Source: Candidatus Aenigmatarchaeota archaeon
GTDB lineage: Archaea > Aenigmatarchaeota > Aenigmatarchaeia > CG10238-14 > SCSR01
Direction of reading: 5' to 3'
Assembly (NCBI GenBank): GCA_038998335.1
Contig: JAVZHQ010000001.1
Span: 672,609-736,608, forward strand
Length of the DNA: 64,000 nucleotides
The position numbers and the translations under genes were made by a program. Below are positions 38,002 to 49,754 of this stretch, piece by piece. The notes under the pieces are model-generated. The model was not told the DNA's origin. It ran no database searches and was given only the letters and a program-made list of their open reading frames with translations. Numbering within the stretch: position 1 is the stretch's first letter; the number at the start of each line of letters is the position of its first letter.

Positions 38002-41000
38002 TTAAGGGTCTTTTAAACCATTTTCTGTAATCTTAAAAACACATTCTCCTTCTGGTAAATCAGGAGCATCTACTAATCTAGCAATTCTTGCCCCTTCTTT
38101 TCCTCTTCTCAAGTAAATTCTATAAGTTGAGTTATGAACTAAATAACCGTTTGCCAAGAAGTTTGCGCAATCTGTTTCTATATCTATTAATTTTTCATTG
38201 TTTTGCAACTTTTTTATCGAGTAAATTTTTTCGAAGTTTAAGCCTAATAAACTACCAAAGATTTTGTTCACTTCTTCATACTTCTTACACAATTCTTCAA
38301 GCTCAGGATAGCTAACGTTATTTTCTAAATGCTTGAAATCATAGCTTATTCCAATTTCTTTAAGTAGTTGCATGAGCTTTTTCCTTTTCAAAGGAATTTT
38401 TTCTTCTTTTCTTAGCTTTCTATCTTCAAGCTTTTTGTTTTTTCTAGAAGATGTGAAACCAATCTCTTTAAACTTGTTTGGATTAACCATCAACCTATAA
38501 TATATTCCATGCTTATTTCGAACTATAGAGATAGTTGAATGAATACCAAGTCTTAATAGCAAAAGTTTAACGAAAACAAGGAAATCCTTATCTTTCATCG
38601 TTAAGTTAGCCATGCTGTTTATGCTTCCTTCTGCGTCAAACAAACCTTTAACAAAAGCTTTAATTACGCTTTTTCTTTCAAAGAACAACTCATAAATATT
38701 CTCAATTAGAAACTTGAAAACATTAGCTACATACTTGTTTGCAAACTTGAGCTCAAAACAATTTTTATTCTTAACCTTTGAAATTTTTGGTTCTACGTTA
38801 AAAACACTTTTGAACAAGCTAGCATAAAACTCTAGAACTTCCTTATTTTCATCTTTTATTTGGATAGAATTGTTATAAAAGTCCTTAGAACCATCGCCGA
38901 CAAAATATCCTAAAATCTGAGCTAGCTCTTCTGTCAGCTCTCTAACTTCTTTAACATCCTTATGCTTAACTGTTTCTTTAACTTCATACTCAATTTTTCC
39001 TATAAACCTTTCGATTCTTCTTATAATCTTTAAGGAAGTTGGAAGTGAAGAGTTTAAAATTCCTCTAAGATGTCTAGCTCCTATTCCTAAAAAGTTTTTG
39101 CATTCAGCATTATGCTTAATTGAGAAGATTTGTTGAAGTCTTTTTTTAACTTTCTCTGGGTTTTTGATTACGTATACCTTTTCTGGATTAAACTTCTTTA
39201 TCTTAAGCTTTTTCTCAGGAACATCGATTAATTTTGGAAGAATAAGATAATCTCCAGTTTTTAAATCCTTACTTTTAACTTCTTTAAAACCTTCTTCTGT
39301 AAAGATAAAAACAGTATGGTCTGGTGAAACTCGAAGGTTATGATTAATTTCTAATATTGTTGGCCTTTCAGTTTCAACTTTTTCCACAACTTTATAAAAT
39401 CTAAAACCATCTTTATAACCAAGTATATTCATAGGATTATGAACATCTTTTATCTTCTTCATTCCTTCGTTTGTTACTATTAAAGAGTTAGAATCCACAC
39501 AAAGATGCCCAAGCACATGACCCCCTACAGGAGCTGTTGGGTCGCCAAATAAAACATCAGGCCTTGCCATTACCTGATTGGTAATATAAACTGCTAAATT
39601 GTAAGCATCAGCAAGCTTTTGTAAATGATGCAAATGTTTGTTTAATTTTTGCTGTCTTTCAGCAAGCTCTCCTCTTCCTATGAATTCTGCTCTGAAATGA
39701 GAAGTAAGAGAATTATGAACCAAAAAACCGTTAGCTACATAACACTCATAGCCTGGTACTGTCATATCATAAACAAAAGTTGGTAGTTTTTTCAGTTCTT
39801 TTACTTTTTTTATCTTGAAAAAACCTAAGTTAGAGTTAACTATTTTCTTCAAGAATTCTAATTCTTTACAACTTCCAATTTTTTCAAAATTCTCTATAAG
39901 TTTTTTGAGAGTAGGTCTTTGTGGATAGTAGAATTTTCTGTAGGTTGAAAGCCCAAAACCAAATTTATTTTGAACCGTATAAACTGAAACTCCAAGTTTT
40001 TTTGCTATAACTTCTATTACATCCATAGAAATAGGAATAGGATCTTTGTGTAAGAATTTCTTATTTAAGAATTCAACCATTTTATTGAGCTTAGCGAGCT
40101 TCTTTTTGTGATTAAAACTAATGAATTTTTGAAAATTCATTATACTTTGACAATCTATTATTCTAATTTCATAAGTTTTTCCCCAACGATTCTTACAGGT
40201 CTTAATTTCTGTACTTTCTATACCAAACCTTAATAATGCATACTTTACTTGTTCTACTAATTTTTTACTTGCAGAAGCAAATATGATATGATGGATTCTG
40301 GCCTTTCTGGTAATTTTTTCCTTCCCTCTTCTGAAAATGGTATTATAAGGCTTTCCAAAATATACCGAACCTTCTGCATCAAATAAACCTCTCAAAAAGG
40401 CTCCTAATTCTTCATCAGTAGAAGTTAGAATTTCCTTTGGAATTTCTTTTTCTTTTGAACTTTTTCTTAAACCCAAACTCGTAAGAAATTCTATAAGTTT
40501 AACAGAATTTATATCGAAATAATAACAATTTTTGTTCTTAGCTCTTTTAATAGGCCTTGGAGAGAAAGAAAGTTTTCTAGCCAGAAAATGGTAATATTTT
40601 AAGAGTGTTTTGTTACTGTCCCAAAAATCTATCTTATTCCTACTTATCCCACCATCTCCCAAGAAATAACCTATAAACTCTAGCCATTCCTTCCCCAAAA
40701 ATTTTTTCCCTTTAACCTCTAATTTTTTAATTCCAACAACATAATCTCCTCTTTTTAACTCTTTAGCAAATTTCTCTTTTATCCCATCTTCATCTAAAAC
40801 AAAAAACCTATGGTTTGGTGTAACTTTAATCTTTCTCGTACCAACATCTATTTCTACCATCTTTTCAGGTAGCTTCTTGTATAAAGCTGAAACAAAAGCT
40901 GGTTCTTGAGAAAAATTGTTTAGGTCAACTGATAATAACGGATTTTCTGACATGACTTGTATTGGTTTAACGATATGACCATTAGCTGTTATTATATTTG

Positions 41001-42861
41001 TTTCAGGATGCACGCAATCGATGACTATTAAACCAATGTTTTTCTCTTCTATTAGTTCGTTAGCCTTTTCTACTAAAAGCATTTGATGCTCTGCGTTAAA
41101 AGCTCTTGCAACGAAAATGTTTTTAAGTGTTTCTTGTGGTTCAAGCTTTAAAGCTTTTGCTATGTTTAAAATTCTAGAAGGCGAAAAAGTATTTTCTGTA
41201 TCTATCCACAAACAGCTTCTTTTAAGTCCACCTTTTTCTTCAGGAAGTTGAACGTTAACTGCAAGCTGAAAGCCTAGTTGTGTCTTTCCTGAGTTATGAG
41301 AAACTAAACTGTTTGCTATAAAATTGTGTGTTCCTGGCACTTCTAGATCATAGACCTTTCCGTCGGGAGTAGAAATTTCAGAAATGTTAACCACTTTAAG
41401 ATAGTTAGAACGTGGAAGATTTCTTTCTCTTTTATAGCTTTTTACAACTTCAATTATTCTATCCTTTAACCTTATCGAAAACTTTCCAATCTCTTCCAAG
41501 AAACGGATTATGGAGTTTCTATCCCTAATACATAGTCTTAAATAAGTTACTTCTTTACCATTCCTTTTAGTTTTTTCTTTGTTTATGCGTGAAAAAATGC
41601 CGAACTTAGCTAAAAGAAGTTGTACATCCTCTATCAACCTACAGCTAGAACTTCTAAGACTAACTTCCCTTGAATAGGCTGGTAAGGTATAAATGTAAGA
41701 TTTTATACCTTCTTTACAAACTCTTATATGTTTTCTTGTTCTTTCTCTCATATCCAATACTACACTACCTTCACCGTCAAACAAGGCTGATAAGAATCTT
41801 GCTATCACATCTTTTGGTGATTGAAAAATTTGCTCAGGCACGTGTTTTTCTGAAGAACGATTAAAAATTCCTTCAAATTGCCTTAGAAACTCTCCTACCA
41901 CAACAGAATTTATATCAACTATTTTTACTTTTTCTTCAGCCTTTCTTCTACTCGTATCTATACCAAAAACAGACTTAACCAAGTACTCAAACCTTTCGAT
42001 AATATCCTTGTTCTTATTGACAATAGAAACTCTGGAAATTGTATTGGTCTTGCTTTGTGTTTCTTTCCATCCTTCCGAGATTATAAAACCTAAAATTTCT
42101 GCAAGTTCTGGAGTTAAAAAGGATGGCAACTTTGGTTTAGATAACTTACTTATTGGAGTATTCTTAGCAAGTTTAATTTGAGTGTTTAGTCTAACGTATT
42201 CTTTTGGAAATATACAGTCTGAAACCATCAATACAGCATCACCAACATGCATATTTTCTGCATTTTTCCAACCAAAAGGAGTTAAAAGAGGATGATTTGG
42301 AGTTACCGATAAAGTAATGCCATTCTCGAACAAAATTTTCAAAACTTTCTCGCAAGAATACACATGTAATTTTGTAGCAACCGTTGGTTTGACAGACCCA
42401 TTTAAAGTTAATATGGGCAGCCTTATAGGATATACTCCTTCAGGAAGATTCTTAGCGATGGAAGAAATTGGTACAATTCTACCATCACCTAGAGTTATTT
42501 TAGTATTTCCTACCAAACATCCATAAGCCCCGTACGTTTCTGTTATGGCTTGAGTTTGAATTCCTCCTCCCAACAAATTGTCAAGATTCTTGCTTCCTGT
42601 TGTTATTCTTAAAGCCTTTTCCTTTCTTTCAAGAATTTTGTCAGCAGACTCAAAACCAATATCGAGCATTTGTCTTACTGCGTTTATTATCTTAGCAGCT
42701 TGACCCTCGCCAATTTCAGCTATTCTTGCAAGCTCAGAAGGAGAAGTTACAGCAATAACCATAGGGTCAACATAACCTACTTCCCTAAGCTTTTGAGCTA
42801 TTTTCTCTCCAACTCCAGGAATATCCTCAAGCTTAATTTCTTTCTTCATTCTTTTTCCCAT
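38002..42861 (-). CDS. radA: DNA repair recombinase RadA containing three inteins (mature about 318 aa)
   Basis: Exteins reassemble to [41 protein letters not shown]. Confidence 0.95.
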   Translation of the reverse strand: MGKRMKKEIKLEDIPGVGEKIAQKLREVGYVDPMVIAVTSPSELARIAEIGEGQAAKIINAVRQMLDIGFESADKILERKEKALRITTGSKNLDNLLGGGIQTQAITETYGAYGCLVGNTKITLGDGRIVPISSIAKNLPEGVYPIRLPILTLNGSVKPTVATKLHVYSCEKVLKILFENGITLSVTPNHPLLTPFGWKNAENMHVGDAVLMVSDCIFPKEYVRLNTQIKLAKNTPISKLSKPKLPSFLTPELAEILGFIISEGWKETQSKTNTISRVSIVNKNKDIIERFEYLVKSVFGIDTSRRKAEEKVKIVDINSVVVGEFLRQFEGIFNRSSEKHVPEQIFQSPKDVIARFLSALFDGEGSVVLDMRERTRKHIRVCKEGIKSYIYTLPAYSREVSLRSSSCRLIEDVQLLLAKFGIFSRINKEKTKRNGKEVTYLRLCIRDRNSIIRFLEEIGKFSIRLKDRIIEVVKSYKRERNLPRSNYLKVVNISEISTPDGKVYDLEVPGTHNFIANSLVSHNSGKTQLGFQLAVNVQLPEEKGGLKRSCLWIDTENTFSPSRILNIAKALKLEPQETLKNIFVARAFNAEHQMLLVEKANELIEEKNIGLIVIDCVHPETNIITANGHIVKPIQVMSENPLLSVDLNNFSQEPAFVSALYKKLPEKMVEIDVGTRKIKVTPNHRFFVLDEDGIKEKFAKELKRGDYVVGIKKLEVKGKKFLGKEWLEFIGYFLGDGGISRNKIDFWDSNKTLLKYYHFLARKLSFSPRPIKRAKNKNCYYFDINSVKLIEFLTSLGLRKSSKEKEIPKEILTSTDEELGAFLRGLFDAEGSVYFGKPYNTIFRRGKEKITRKARIHHIIFASASKKLVEQVKYALLRFGIESTEIKTCKNRWGKTYEIRIIDCQSIMNFQKFISFNHKKKLAKLNKMVEFLNKKFLHKDPIPISMDVIEVIAKKLGVSVYTVQNKFGFGLSTYRKFYYPQRPTLKKLIENFEKIGSCKELEFLKKIVNSNLGFFKIKKVKELKKLPTFVYDMTVPGYECYVANGFLVHNSLTSHFRAEFIGRGELAERQQKLNKHLHHLQKLADAYNLAVYITNQVMARPDVLFGDPTAPVGGHVLGHLCVDSNSLIVTNEGMKKIKDVHNPMNILGYKDGFRFYKVVEKVETERPTILEINHNLRVSPDHTVFIFTEEGFKEVKSKDLKTGDYLILPKLIDVPEKKLKIKKFNPEKVYVIKNPEKVKKRLQQIFSIKHNAECKNFLGIGARHLRGILNSSLPTSLKIIRRIERFIGKIEYEVKETVKHKDVKEVRELTEELAQILGYFVGDGSKDFYNNSIQIKDENKEVLEFYASLFKSVFNVEPKISKVKNKNCFELKFANKYVANVFKFLIENIYELFFERKSVIKAFVKGLFDAEGSINSMANLTMKDKDFLVFVKLLLLRLGIHSTISIVRNKHGIYYRLMVNPNKFKEIGFTSSRKNKKLEDRKLRKEEKIPLKRKKLMQLLKEIGISYDFKHLENNVSYPELEELCKKYEEVNKIFGSLLGLNFEKIYSIKKLQNNEKLIDIETDCANFLANGYLVHNSTYRIYLRRGKEGARIARLVDAPDLPEGECVFKITENGLKDP
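38131..39501 (-). mobile_element. RadA intein 3 (457 aa, LAGLIDADG), after the L2 loop GGHVLGHL
   Basis: CVDSNS...SPDH...LGYFVGDG...LFDAEGS...LIDIET...LVHN|S. Confidence 0.93.
39712..41016 (-). mobile_element. RadA intein 2 (435 aa, LAGLIDADG), just after Walker B Asp
   Basis: CVHPET...TPNHRF...IGYFLGDG...LFDAEGS...VYDMTV...LVHN|S. Confidence 0.93.
41293..42519 (-). mobile_element. RadA intein 1 (409 aa, LAGLIDADG), in Walker A
   Basis: CLVGNT...TPNHP...LGFIISEG...LFDGEGS...VYDLEV...VSHN|S. Confidence 0.93.
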
Positions 42862-42894
42862 ATTTCTTTTCTTCTTATATTTAAATATATTCTC

Positions 42895-43905
42895 CTATCT
42901 TACTTCCTCGGGTGGTAAATTTATTTTCTCGATCAAATTTTTAATCTCTTGTTCAACATTCAACTCTTCAAAATCGTTAACTATTAACTCAAGCCTATCA
43001 AAAATTTTATTCTTCTTTATCCTTCCTCTTATTATAAGCTCCTTTCCCAAAAGTTTTTCCTCAACTGTTCTAAAACTTTCTTCTGAATTTTGAAGCTCTT
43101 TTGCGCTTAAACCTAAAAGCTTTTCTGCATTATCCCTAAAAAAAACTGTTCTTACAGTTGAAGTACCATCGTCAAGGATACAAGAAATTACAAGCTCTGG
43201 AACTGCTTCTACTTCACCATGCTCTTCACACTTGTTTTCCTCTATTGTTTCACTACAAACAGGACAAACATAAAAAAATAGCTTGTTTTTAAAAACATGA
43301 ACTATTGTTCCTTTAACCTCAAAATTTCCTGGTTTTATATCCTTAAGCAAAATTCTTTCTGTTTTTTTGAAAGAATTTAAAATTTCTTCTAGGCTTGGTA
43401 AATCTTCAGCTTCAACCTCCTTTATACTTCCATATCTTCCTAGGGAAATTTCAACATCACCAAAAATGTTTTCTTTTGCTATTCCATTTATTACTTGAAC
43501 TGCAATTCCAGGAGTTATTAATCCTTCTTCTATTATTTTTACTTGATCATTCCATAAAGGTAATCTTATAAAGCCTGTATTATCAGCAAGAAAAATGCTT
43601 GCAACTTTTCCTTCGTTACCATCAGCTCTTTTAAACTTGATTATTTCTGAAACCTTGAAAACCCTTCCTATTATGTTAACGTTTCTCATTCCAGCTACTA
43701 TGTTCTTTATTTCTAGTCTTCTTTTTCTTGGTTCAAGCTCAATTCCAAGCTCTCTTGCAACTAAGTAAGCTGCTCCTTCCCTAGAAATTAAACCAGAAAG
43801 CTCTTCTTGTTTAGAAAAAATCATTTTCTCTATTTCTTCCCTTGAAATGTTGCTTCTTTTAATTATTTCTTCCAAAATTTTCTCGTACTCTAGCATAAAA
43901 CTCAA
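42895..43905 (-). CDS. rpa: Replication protein A (OB folds plus Zn finger)
   Basis: DNTGFIRLPLWN, CPVC...CEEH, LDDGT. Confidence 0.88.
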   Translation of the reverse strand: MSFMLEYEKILEEIIKRSNISREEIEKMIFSKQEELSGLISREGAAYLVARELGIELEPRKRRLEIKNIVAGMRNVNIIGRVFKVSEIIKFKRADGNEGKVASIFLADNTGFIRLPLWNDQVKIIEEGLITPGIAVQVINGIAKENIFGDVEISLGRYGSIKEVEAEDLPSLEEILNSFKKTERILLKDIKPGNFEVKGTIVHVFKNKLFFYVCPVCSETIEENKCEEHGEVEAVPELVISCILDDGTSTVRTVFFRDNAEKLLGLSAKELQNSEESFRTVEEKLLGKELIIRGRIKKNKIFDRLELIVNDFEELNVEQEIKNLIEKINLPPEEVR

Positions 43906-43982
43906 ATAATTATTCTAAAGTAAAAGATAAATCTTTCGCTTAGCTTAAACTATTTTAAATTAAATTCTTTAATAAGGATAAA

Positions 43983-45347
43983 ATGAAAGTTTTATTAATA
44001 AACCCTCAGTTTGTTGAAGGTTATATACATTCTGCTAGATGGGATTCTTTAACAATTTCTGGAAGCCATTGGTATCCGATTTTTCTTGCGTATTGCACAG
44101 GACTTTTAGAAAAGTATGGACATGAATGTAAGTTAATCGATGCAGAAGCAGAAAATCTTAGCGACGAAGAGGTTGTAAAAATAGCTGAAAAATTTCAACC
44201 AGATTTTTCTGTTATTTATGTTTCTGAAAGAGGATTAAAACAAAACTCTGAATTGGCAAGAAAAATAAAAGAAATTACCGGAAGCAAAATAATTTTTGTT
44301 GGTCCTTGGTGTTCTATAGCAAAGAATGAAATGATGAAAATTAATTTTTTAGATCATATAATAGAGGGAGAGTTTGAATTCGTAGTTAAAAGTATAGTTG
44401 AAGGAAAAGAGAAGAGAAGATTCATCATTTCCTCAAGGCTGACAAAAGAACAAATCGATGAACTACCATGGGTAACAAAAGTTTATAAAAAGCACTTAAA
44501 CATAAAAAATTATAAAGTAAGCTCGCTATGGTATCCTTTTGTTGATTTGTTCACAGGAAGAAAATGTTATTGGGGGAAATGCACCTTTTGCCTTTGGCCT
44601 TTCACTATTTTCAAAGGAGGGACTTATGTGTTAAGAGATATCGAGGATGTTTTAGACGAAATAGAATGGGTTTCAAAGAATCTTAATGTAAAAGAAGTTT
44701 TTATTCAAGACGATACACTTTCTGGGCCAAGAGCAAAGCAAATAGCAGAAGGTATACTTGAAAGAGGAATAAAAATAAACTGGTCTGCTTATGCGAGAGG
44801 GGATTTAAGCATGACTCCAGAAATTTTAAAGAAGATGAAAGAATCAGGATGCCATTGCTTACATGTTGGTTATGAAAGTGGAAATGATGAAATCCTTAGA
44901 AATGTAAACAAAGGAGTTACAGTTAAAGATTTGGAAAAATTCACGGAATGGGCAACAAAAGCAGGAATAGATATTCATGGTGATTTTATGATTGGTTTGC
45001 CAGGAGAGACAGAAGAAACTGCAAGAAAAACCATAGATTGGGCAAAAAGGCTTAACATAGTAACTTACCAGTTTGCGCCACCAAAACCTTATAAGTGCAC
45101 CCCTTACTGGGAATGGCTTGAGAAAAACAATTTGATAGACGAAAACGGAAATCCAAACCTTCCTAACATGAGTTATGAGAGAATGGTTGAGCTATGTAAA
45201 ATTGCTATGAAAGAGTGCTACTTTAACTTAGGGTTTGTTAGAAGAGTTATTTTCAAGCCAAAGGAAATTTCAAGACTCATGCGCTCAGCGTTTCATCTTT
45301 TACCTTATATTTTCTCAAAGAAAATGGATATACCGATGGGAGAATGA
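43983..45347 (+). CDS. B12-binding-domain radical SAM protein, HpnJ-like
   Basis: WYPIFLAY, TGRKCYWGKCTFCLWP, VGYESG, GDFMIGLPGET. Confidence 0.85.
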   Translation: MKVLLINPQFVEGYIHSARWDSLTISGSHWYPIFLAYCTGLLEKYGHECKLIDAEAENLSDEEVVKIAEKFQPDFSVIYVSERGLKQNSELARKIKEITGSKIIFVGPWCSIAKNEMMKINFLDHIIEGEFEFVVKSIVEGKEKRRFIISSRLTKEQIDELPWVTKVYKKHLNIKNYKVSSLWYPFVDLFTGRKCYWGKCTFCLWPFTIFKGGTYVLRDIEDVLDEIEWVSKNLNVKEVFIQDDTLSGPRAKQIAEGILERGIKINWSAYARGDLSMTPEILKKMKESGCHCLHVGYESGNDEILRNVNKGVTVKDLEKFTEWATKAGIDIHGDFMIGLPGETEETARKTIDWAKRLNIVTYQFAPPKPYKCTPYWEWLEKNNLIDENGNPNLPNMSYERMVELCKIAMKECYFNLGFVRRVIFKPKEISRLMRSAFHLLPYIFSKKMDIPMGE

Positions 45348-46336
45348 AAGAAAAATCTGTAACTGTTTTAATAACTGTTAAAAATTCAAGAAGCACTATC
45401 AAGGATTGTATAGATTCTATTCTTAGATTAAACTACAAGAACTACAAGGTTTTTGTAGTTGATGCTTTTTCAATAGACGGAACTTATGAAATACTTAAAA
45501 GTTATGGCAAAAAGATAAAAGTTGAGCAGTATAAAGGAAACCCACCAAAAGCTTATAACTATGCTATTAAAAAAATAAACACAGAATTTACCGCTTTTAC
45601 TGATGGGGATTGTGTAGTTGATAGAGATTGGCTTAAAAATCTTGTTTCATCTTTCGAATCGGAAGAAATTGGAGCAGTCGTAGGCTTTTGCAAAACTCCA
45701 GAAAAGGTAAATTTTTTACAAAAGCTTATTGGGGTAGAGTTGGAAGCTAGGTTTAAAAAATTTCCAAAGTTTATTTCTAGAGGCCCTACTATGAATCTTT
45801 GTGTTAGAACCAATATCGCTAAGAATTTAAAATTTGATGAAAATTTGGATGTGAGCTACGATGCAGATTTTGGTTATAGAATGATTGAAAAAGGAAAAAA
45901 GATTGTTTATCAACCAAAAGCAATCGTTTACCATTACCATAGAGCAAGTTTAAAAGGATTTTTCAAACAACAACTAACTTATGGAAAATTCGTTCCCTTG
46001 CTTTATTTAAAGCACAGGAAAATGGTAAAAGGAGATCATATTTCTAAACCTTCAATGATGGTTCAACCTTTTATCTTTTACTTTGCAATTTTATTTTTAA
46101 TTCTATCTTTCTTCTTTTCTAATTTTTTAGAGTTGAGCATAGCCATTTTTACACTTTTATTCTTAATATATCTCTTTGATTTCTTAGAACTTAAAACAAA
46201 AAAAGTTTATTTTTTCCCTTATCTTTTTATCTTCTTTTTAAGAACACTTGCTTGGTCTCTTGGCCTAGCTTTAGGATTAAAAATAGTTTTAGATTTTTTA
46301 GGAAAAAATAAATTAAAACAAAAAAGATATTTATGA
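45344..46336 (+). CDS. GT2 glycosyltransferase with C-terminal TMs
   Basis: VVDAFSIDG, FTDGDC, VYHYHR. Confidence 0.88.
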   Translation: MKEKSVTVLITVKNSRSTIKDCIDSILRLNYKNYKVFVVDAFSIDGTYEILKSYGKKIKVEQYKGNPPKAYNYAIKKINTEFTAFTDGDCVVDRDWLKNLVSSFESEEIGAVVGFCKTPEKVNFLQKLIGVELEARFKKFPKFISRGPTMNLCVRTNIAKNLKFDENLDVSYDADFGYRMIEKGKKIVYQPKAIVYHYHRASLKGFFKQQLTYGKFVPLLYLKHRKMVKGDHISKPSMMVQPFIFYFAILFLILSFFFSNFLELSIAIFTLLFLIYLFDFLELKTKKVYFFPYLFIFFLRTLAWSLGLALGLKIVLDFLGKNKLKQKRYL

Positions 46337-47406
46337 AAGTTTTACTTACTCATGAGCTTTTTTTACCAGACCATCCAATTGGCGGAGAATTAGCTGTTTA
46401 TGAGATTGCAAGAAGGTTAAAAGAAAGAGGAATAGAAATAACTGTATTAACAACAGGAAATCCAAAGATAAAAGAATACAAGGGAATACCAACGATTCGC
46501 ATTCCTGTTCATAGGTATATGATGAATCTTGCTTTACCTTTTATATTGAAGTATGCAAAAAAAGTTGATTTAATTCAAACGAACAATTATAATGCTTGTT
46601 TTCCGTCTTGGGTTGCTGCAAAAATTCTTAAAAAACCTGTGGTTTGTATAGTTCATGGGATGTATGGTAATGGTTGGATCGAGATGAGAGGCCATATTCT
46701 AGGAAGGATTTCAAAAATAGTAGAAAAAATTCAGATAATTCCTAGCTATGATAAAGTAATTTTTTTGAGCGAGTATGCAAGAAGAGAAGGAATAAAACAA
46801 GGAGTTAAACCGGAAAGAACAGAAGTTTTATTGCCAGGATTACTTAAAAAAGTAAGTTATAAAAAAACAAAAAAAGAGCCTTTTGTCTTGTTTGTTGGAA
46901 GAATAGCAAAACAAAAAGGAATAGATTATTTGATTGAAGCGGCAAGGAAATTGCCAGAAATAAAGTTTGTTGTTGTTGGTAAAGGAGAAGAGGAAAGAAG
47001 AATTAAAAGCATTAGCCCTGAAAACGTTGAGTTTTTAGGTTTTGTTAGCGATGAAAAACTTGCTGAACTTTACTCTAAAGCTTTAGTTTTTTGCTTGCCT
47101 TCTGTTGGAGAAGGATTTGGTTTTGTTTTGTTGGAAGCTATGGCTTCAGGCTGTGCAATAGTCTCTACTGTCCCTTTGGATTTTTATGGTATGCATGTAA
47201 AGTTTGGTAATGTAGAAGAGTTGGCTAACTCGATTAAGTGCTTGATTGAGAATAAGGAAAAAGCAAGAAAAATGGGAAAGAAGAATAAAGAAAAAGTTAG
47301 AGTATATGATTGGGATGTTTTTATAAATAGGTTGATTGAAATTTACAAAGAAGTTTTACAAAAGAAGTTAAGTATTAACTCAAAAATTTCTTTTTTGCGG
47401 CTATAA
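46333..47406 (+). CDS. GT4 glycosyltransferase
   Basis: FVGRIAKQKG, EGFGFVLLEAMASG. Confidence 0.9.
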   Translation: MKVLLTHELFLPDHPIGGELAVYEIARRLKERGIEITVLTTGNPKIKEYKGIPTIRIPVHRYMMNLALPFILKYAKKVDLIQTNNYNACFPSWVAAKILKKPVVCIVHGMYGNGWIEMRGHILGRISKIVEKIQIIPSYDKVIFLSEYARREGIKQGVKPERTEVLLPGLLKKVSYKKTKKEPFVLFVGRIAKQKGIDYLIEAARKLPEIKFVVVGKGEEERRIKSISPENVEFLGFVSDEKLAELYSKALVFCLPSVGEGFGFVLLEAMASGCAIVSTVPLDFYGMHVKFGNVEELANSIKCLIENKEKARKMGKKNKEKVRVYDWDVFINRLIEIYKEVLQKKLSINSKISFLRL

Positions 47407-47584
47407 CATCTTCTCCTAGAATTGTTTTTCTTCCTGCATGCCTTGCTAATAAAGCTGCCTCTTTCGCTACCTCATAGACCTTTTCTTCCATAATTCTTGC
47501 AAATTCTTCCATGGCTCCTTTCGAAACCCTTTTTGCTCCTGCTTTTTTCAAAATTCTTTCAAACGGAGCTGCTGAAAAAGTCAT
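47375..47584 (-). CDS. Archaeal histone
   Basis: APFERILKKAGAKRVS...ARHAGRKTI..EDV. Confidence 0.93.
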   Translation of the reverse strand: MTFSAAPFERILKKAGAKRVSKGAMEEFARIMEEKVYEVAKEAALLARHAGRKTILGEDVIAAKKKFLS

Positions 47585-47594
47585 ATTCTCACTA

Positions 47595-49736
47595 TTAAAA
47601 TATTACTTTATAGATTTTTAATTCTGCGTTTCCATAAACATACTCAAAATGCTTTAAGCCTTGGCCATTCCAGAAGAACATTCTTGTGAATAAACAATCT
47701 CTAACTTTTGGAGGCATAAAAATAACATAGCTATAACTTGAATCAACCCAAAGCAAACCATTAATTAATTGAGCGTTAGTCTGATTTGCATAACTAACAT
47801 ACTTATAGCCTTGATAAGTAGGATAATAAATTTCTTCGATTAAGTATCTGTTATTTAATATTGGATAAAGAGTGCAATTTTCTCCTGCTAAACATTGACT
47901 AAAAGATTTTCCTGGAGAAGGAGTTAAAGCAACACCAATGTCTCTACTGAAATAGTAGAGTGGGTTTCCGGAAGGATCAAAATCAGAGAAAGTAGTTTGC
48001 CAGAAGCACCAGACATAAGTGTTAGCAGGCTCAACATAGCAAGCTCCGGGTGAGCCTGGAGGAGCTCTAAAGCCGCCAAAGAAATTCATCCAAACATATT
48101 TCCCAATCAAATCAGCGCTTGCTATTATGTACATATCGCTAACAGGGTTGCAAGCATCTTTCGGAACTTTATCGCCAAAAGCTTTTTTTACCTTTTCACA
48201 ATCTTCAAAACTTAATTCCTTGTATTTTTTAAGAATGTCAATTGCTTCTTCTTCACTTGAAGTTGAAAAAATTCTTCCCATGTCTTGAATTCTTATGTTA
48301 TGGTTATAAGGGATACACATTCCTGGAGTACAATGTGCTCCATCTGCATGAACTTTTAAAGGCTTACCTTTATCGTAAGAATAACCTGCAATTATATGAC
48401 CAGGATCCCACCAGGTCACTATCAAAGAATCTTTGTCTGCGTTTTTAACTAACCAGTCTAAAGCGTTAATCCAATTTTGGCTTATTTCCATCCCTCTCGA
48501 AGCGTTACCTACTTGAATTGCGGTAGAAACAAAAATTAAAGAAAGAATTGCTATTGCTCCAAAGATTGTTGCTCCAATAAAATCTCTTTTCAAATATTTT
48601 ACTAAATTTCCTACAACATAGCCTGCTGTCGCAGCTGCTGCAACTGAAAAAGAAAGCGCAAACCTTATTCCGCTTAAAATCATGTAAAAAGTTGCGAAGT
48701 ACCATAAAATTAGAAAAATTTCTGTAAGTTCAAGCTTGGATTTTCTGTAAAGTTTAAGGATCAGTAAAGGAATAATTAACAAAGAAATAAGAAATGGAGC
48801 GTAGCCTATTCTTCCTACGATTTCTAAAAATCCTGAAGGTGAGAAAACGTTTATTCTTTGAAGTTCTGCTACCGAAATGTTAACTAGCAAACCTCTGCTA
48901 GGGTCCATAAAACCAAGCATCACAAAAAACGCAGAGAGTATGTTACCCCAACCCAAAAGAAATGCTACGATGTTTGTTGGAATTAAGATTATGAAATAAG
49001 GAATTAAAAGACCTTTAATTTCTTGAATCGGCTTTCCTATCTCGATTATCAATTTTCTTTGATGTATCATTTCCTCTATGATTCTGAAAAAGAAAAGAAA
49101 CACTAAGCAAGCAGTAAGAAGAATTAAAATAAACCAACCTCCACCCCAGTTCCAAACAAAAAGTAGGTTAGAAACTATTGCGAAAATGTAAAAAGGGATT
49201 GATTTTTTCTTCAGGGCAAGGAAAATTGACAGAACGCAAAGAAAAGTGTAAAAAACTACTACAGGATCGTTATCACAATAACCTGCCATACTTACGCCAA
49301 TAAAAGTTGGAGTTAGAACAGCAAACAAAGCAGTAGCCAAGCCTCCCCATTTATTTGACAAAGATTTACCTAAAAGAAAAGCTACGATTGCTCCTAAAAC
49401 AACCATTATCAAAGGGGAAATTTTAGCTATGTAAATAAAGGAAATGCTACCAAATAAAAATTGTGCAATTTTGTAAAATAAGATCATTGTGTACATAAAA
49501 CCTAATTGGAAGTCAAAAGGTCTTCCTGGAGGATAATAACTCTGAATATCCCATTTTAAAGGGAAAAAATTATTTTCCATTATTAATAGGGAATATCTAT
49601 AGTACCACCAAGGATCGTAATCTAAAATTGTCTGAGCATCTAAGGTAGAAAGTCTGACATAAACTGAAAGATAAATGATTAAAAATAACACAAAAAAAAC
49701 TATCAAATTTTTTATTACAGAATCTCCGATTAACAT
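47595..49736 (-). CDS. aglB: Oligosaccharyltransferase AglB/STT3
   Basis: DYDPWWYYR, DND, SVAEL, WWDPG, DLIGK. Confidence 0.9.
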   Translation of the reverse strand: MLIGDSVIKNLIVFFVLFLIIYLSVYVRLSTLDAQTILDYDPWWYYRYSLLIMENNFFPLKWDIQSYYPPGRPFDFQLGFMYTMILFYKIAQFLFGSISFIYIAKISPLIMVVLGAIVAFLLGKSLSNKWGGLATALFAVLTPTFIGVSMAGYCDNDPVVVFYTFLCVLSIFLALKKKSIPFYIFAIVSNLLFVWNWGGGWFILILLTACLVFLFFFRIIEEMIHQRKLIIEIGKPIQEIKGLLIPYFIILIPTNIVAFLLGWGNILSAFFVMLGFMDPSRGLLVNISVAELQRINVFSPSGFLEIVGRIGYAPFLISLLIIPLLILKLYRKSKLELTEIFLILWYFATFYMILSGIRFALSFSVAAAATAGYVVGNLVKYLKRDFIGATIFGAIAILSLIFVSTAIQVGNASRGMEISQNWINALDWLVKNADKDSLIVTWWDPGHIIAGYSYDKGKPLKVHADGAHCTPGMCIPYNHNIRIQDMGRIFSTSSEEEAIDILKKYKELSFEDCEKVKKAFGDKVPKDACNPVSDMYIIASADLIGKYVWMNFFGGFRAPPGSPGACYVEPANTYVWCFWQTTFSDFDPSGNPLYYFSRDIGVALTPSPGKSFSQCLAGENCTLYPILNNRYLIEEIYYPTYQGYKYVSYANQTNAQLINGLLWVDSSYSYVIFMPPKVRDCLFTRMFFWNGQGLKHFEYVYGNAELKIYKVIF

Positions 49737-49754
49737 AAATTATTATTCCTTCGT

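Noticed and set aside
48035..48070. GC-rich inverted repeat in aglB as a second in-frame mRNA intron
   Set aside because: Pairing is imperfect with no 3-4-3 BHB geometry, and the reading frame is uninterrupted.
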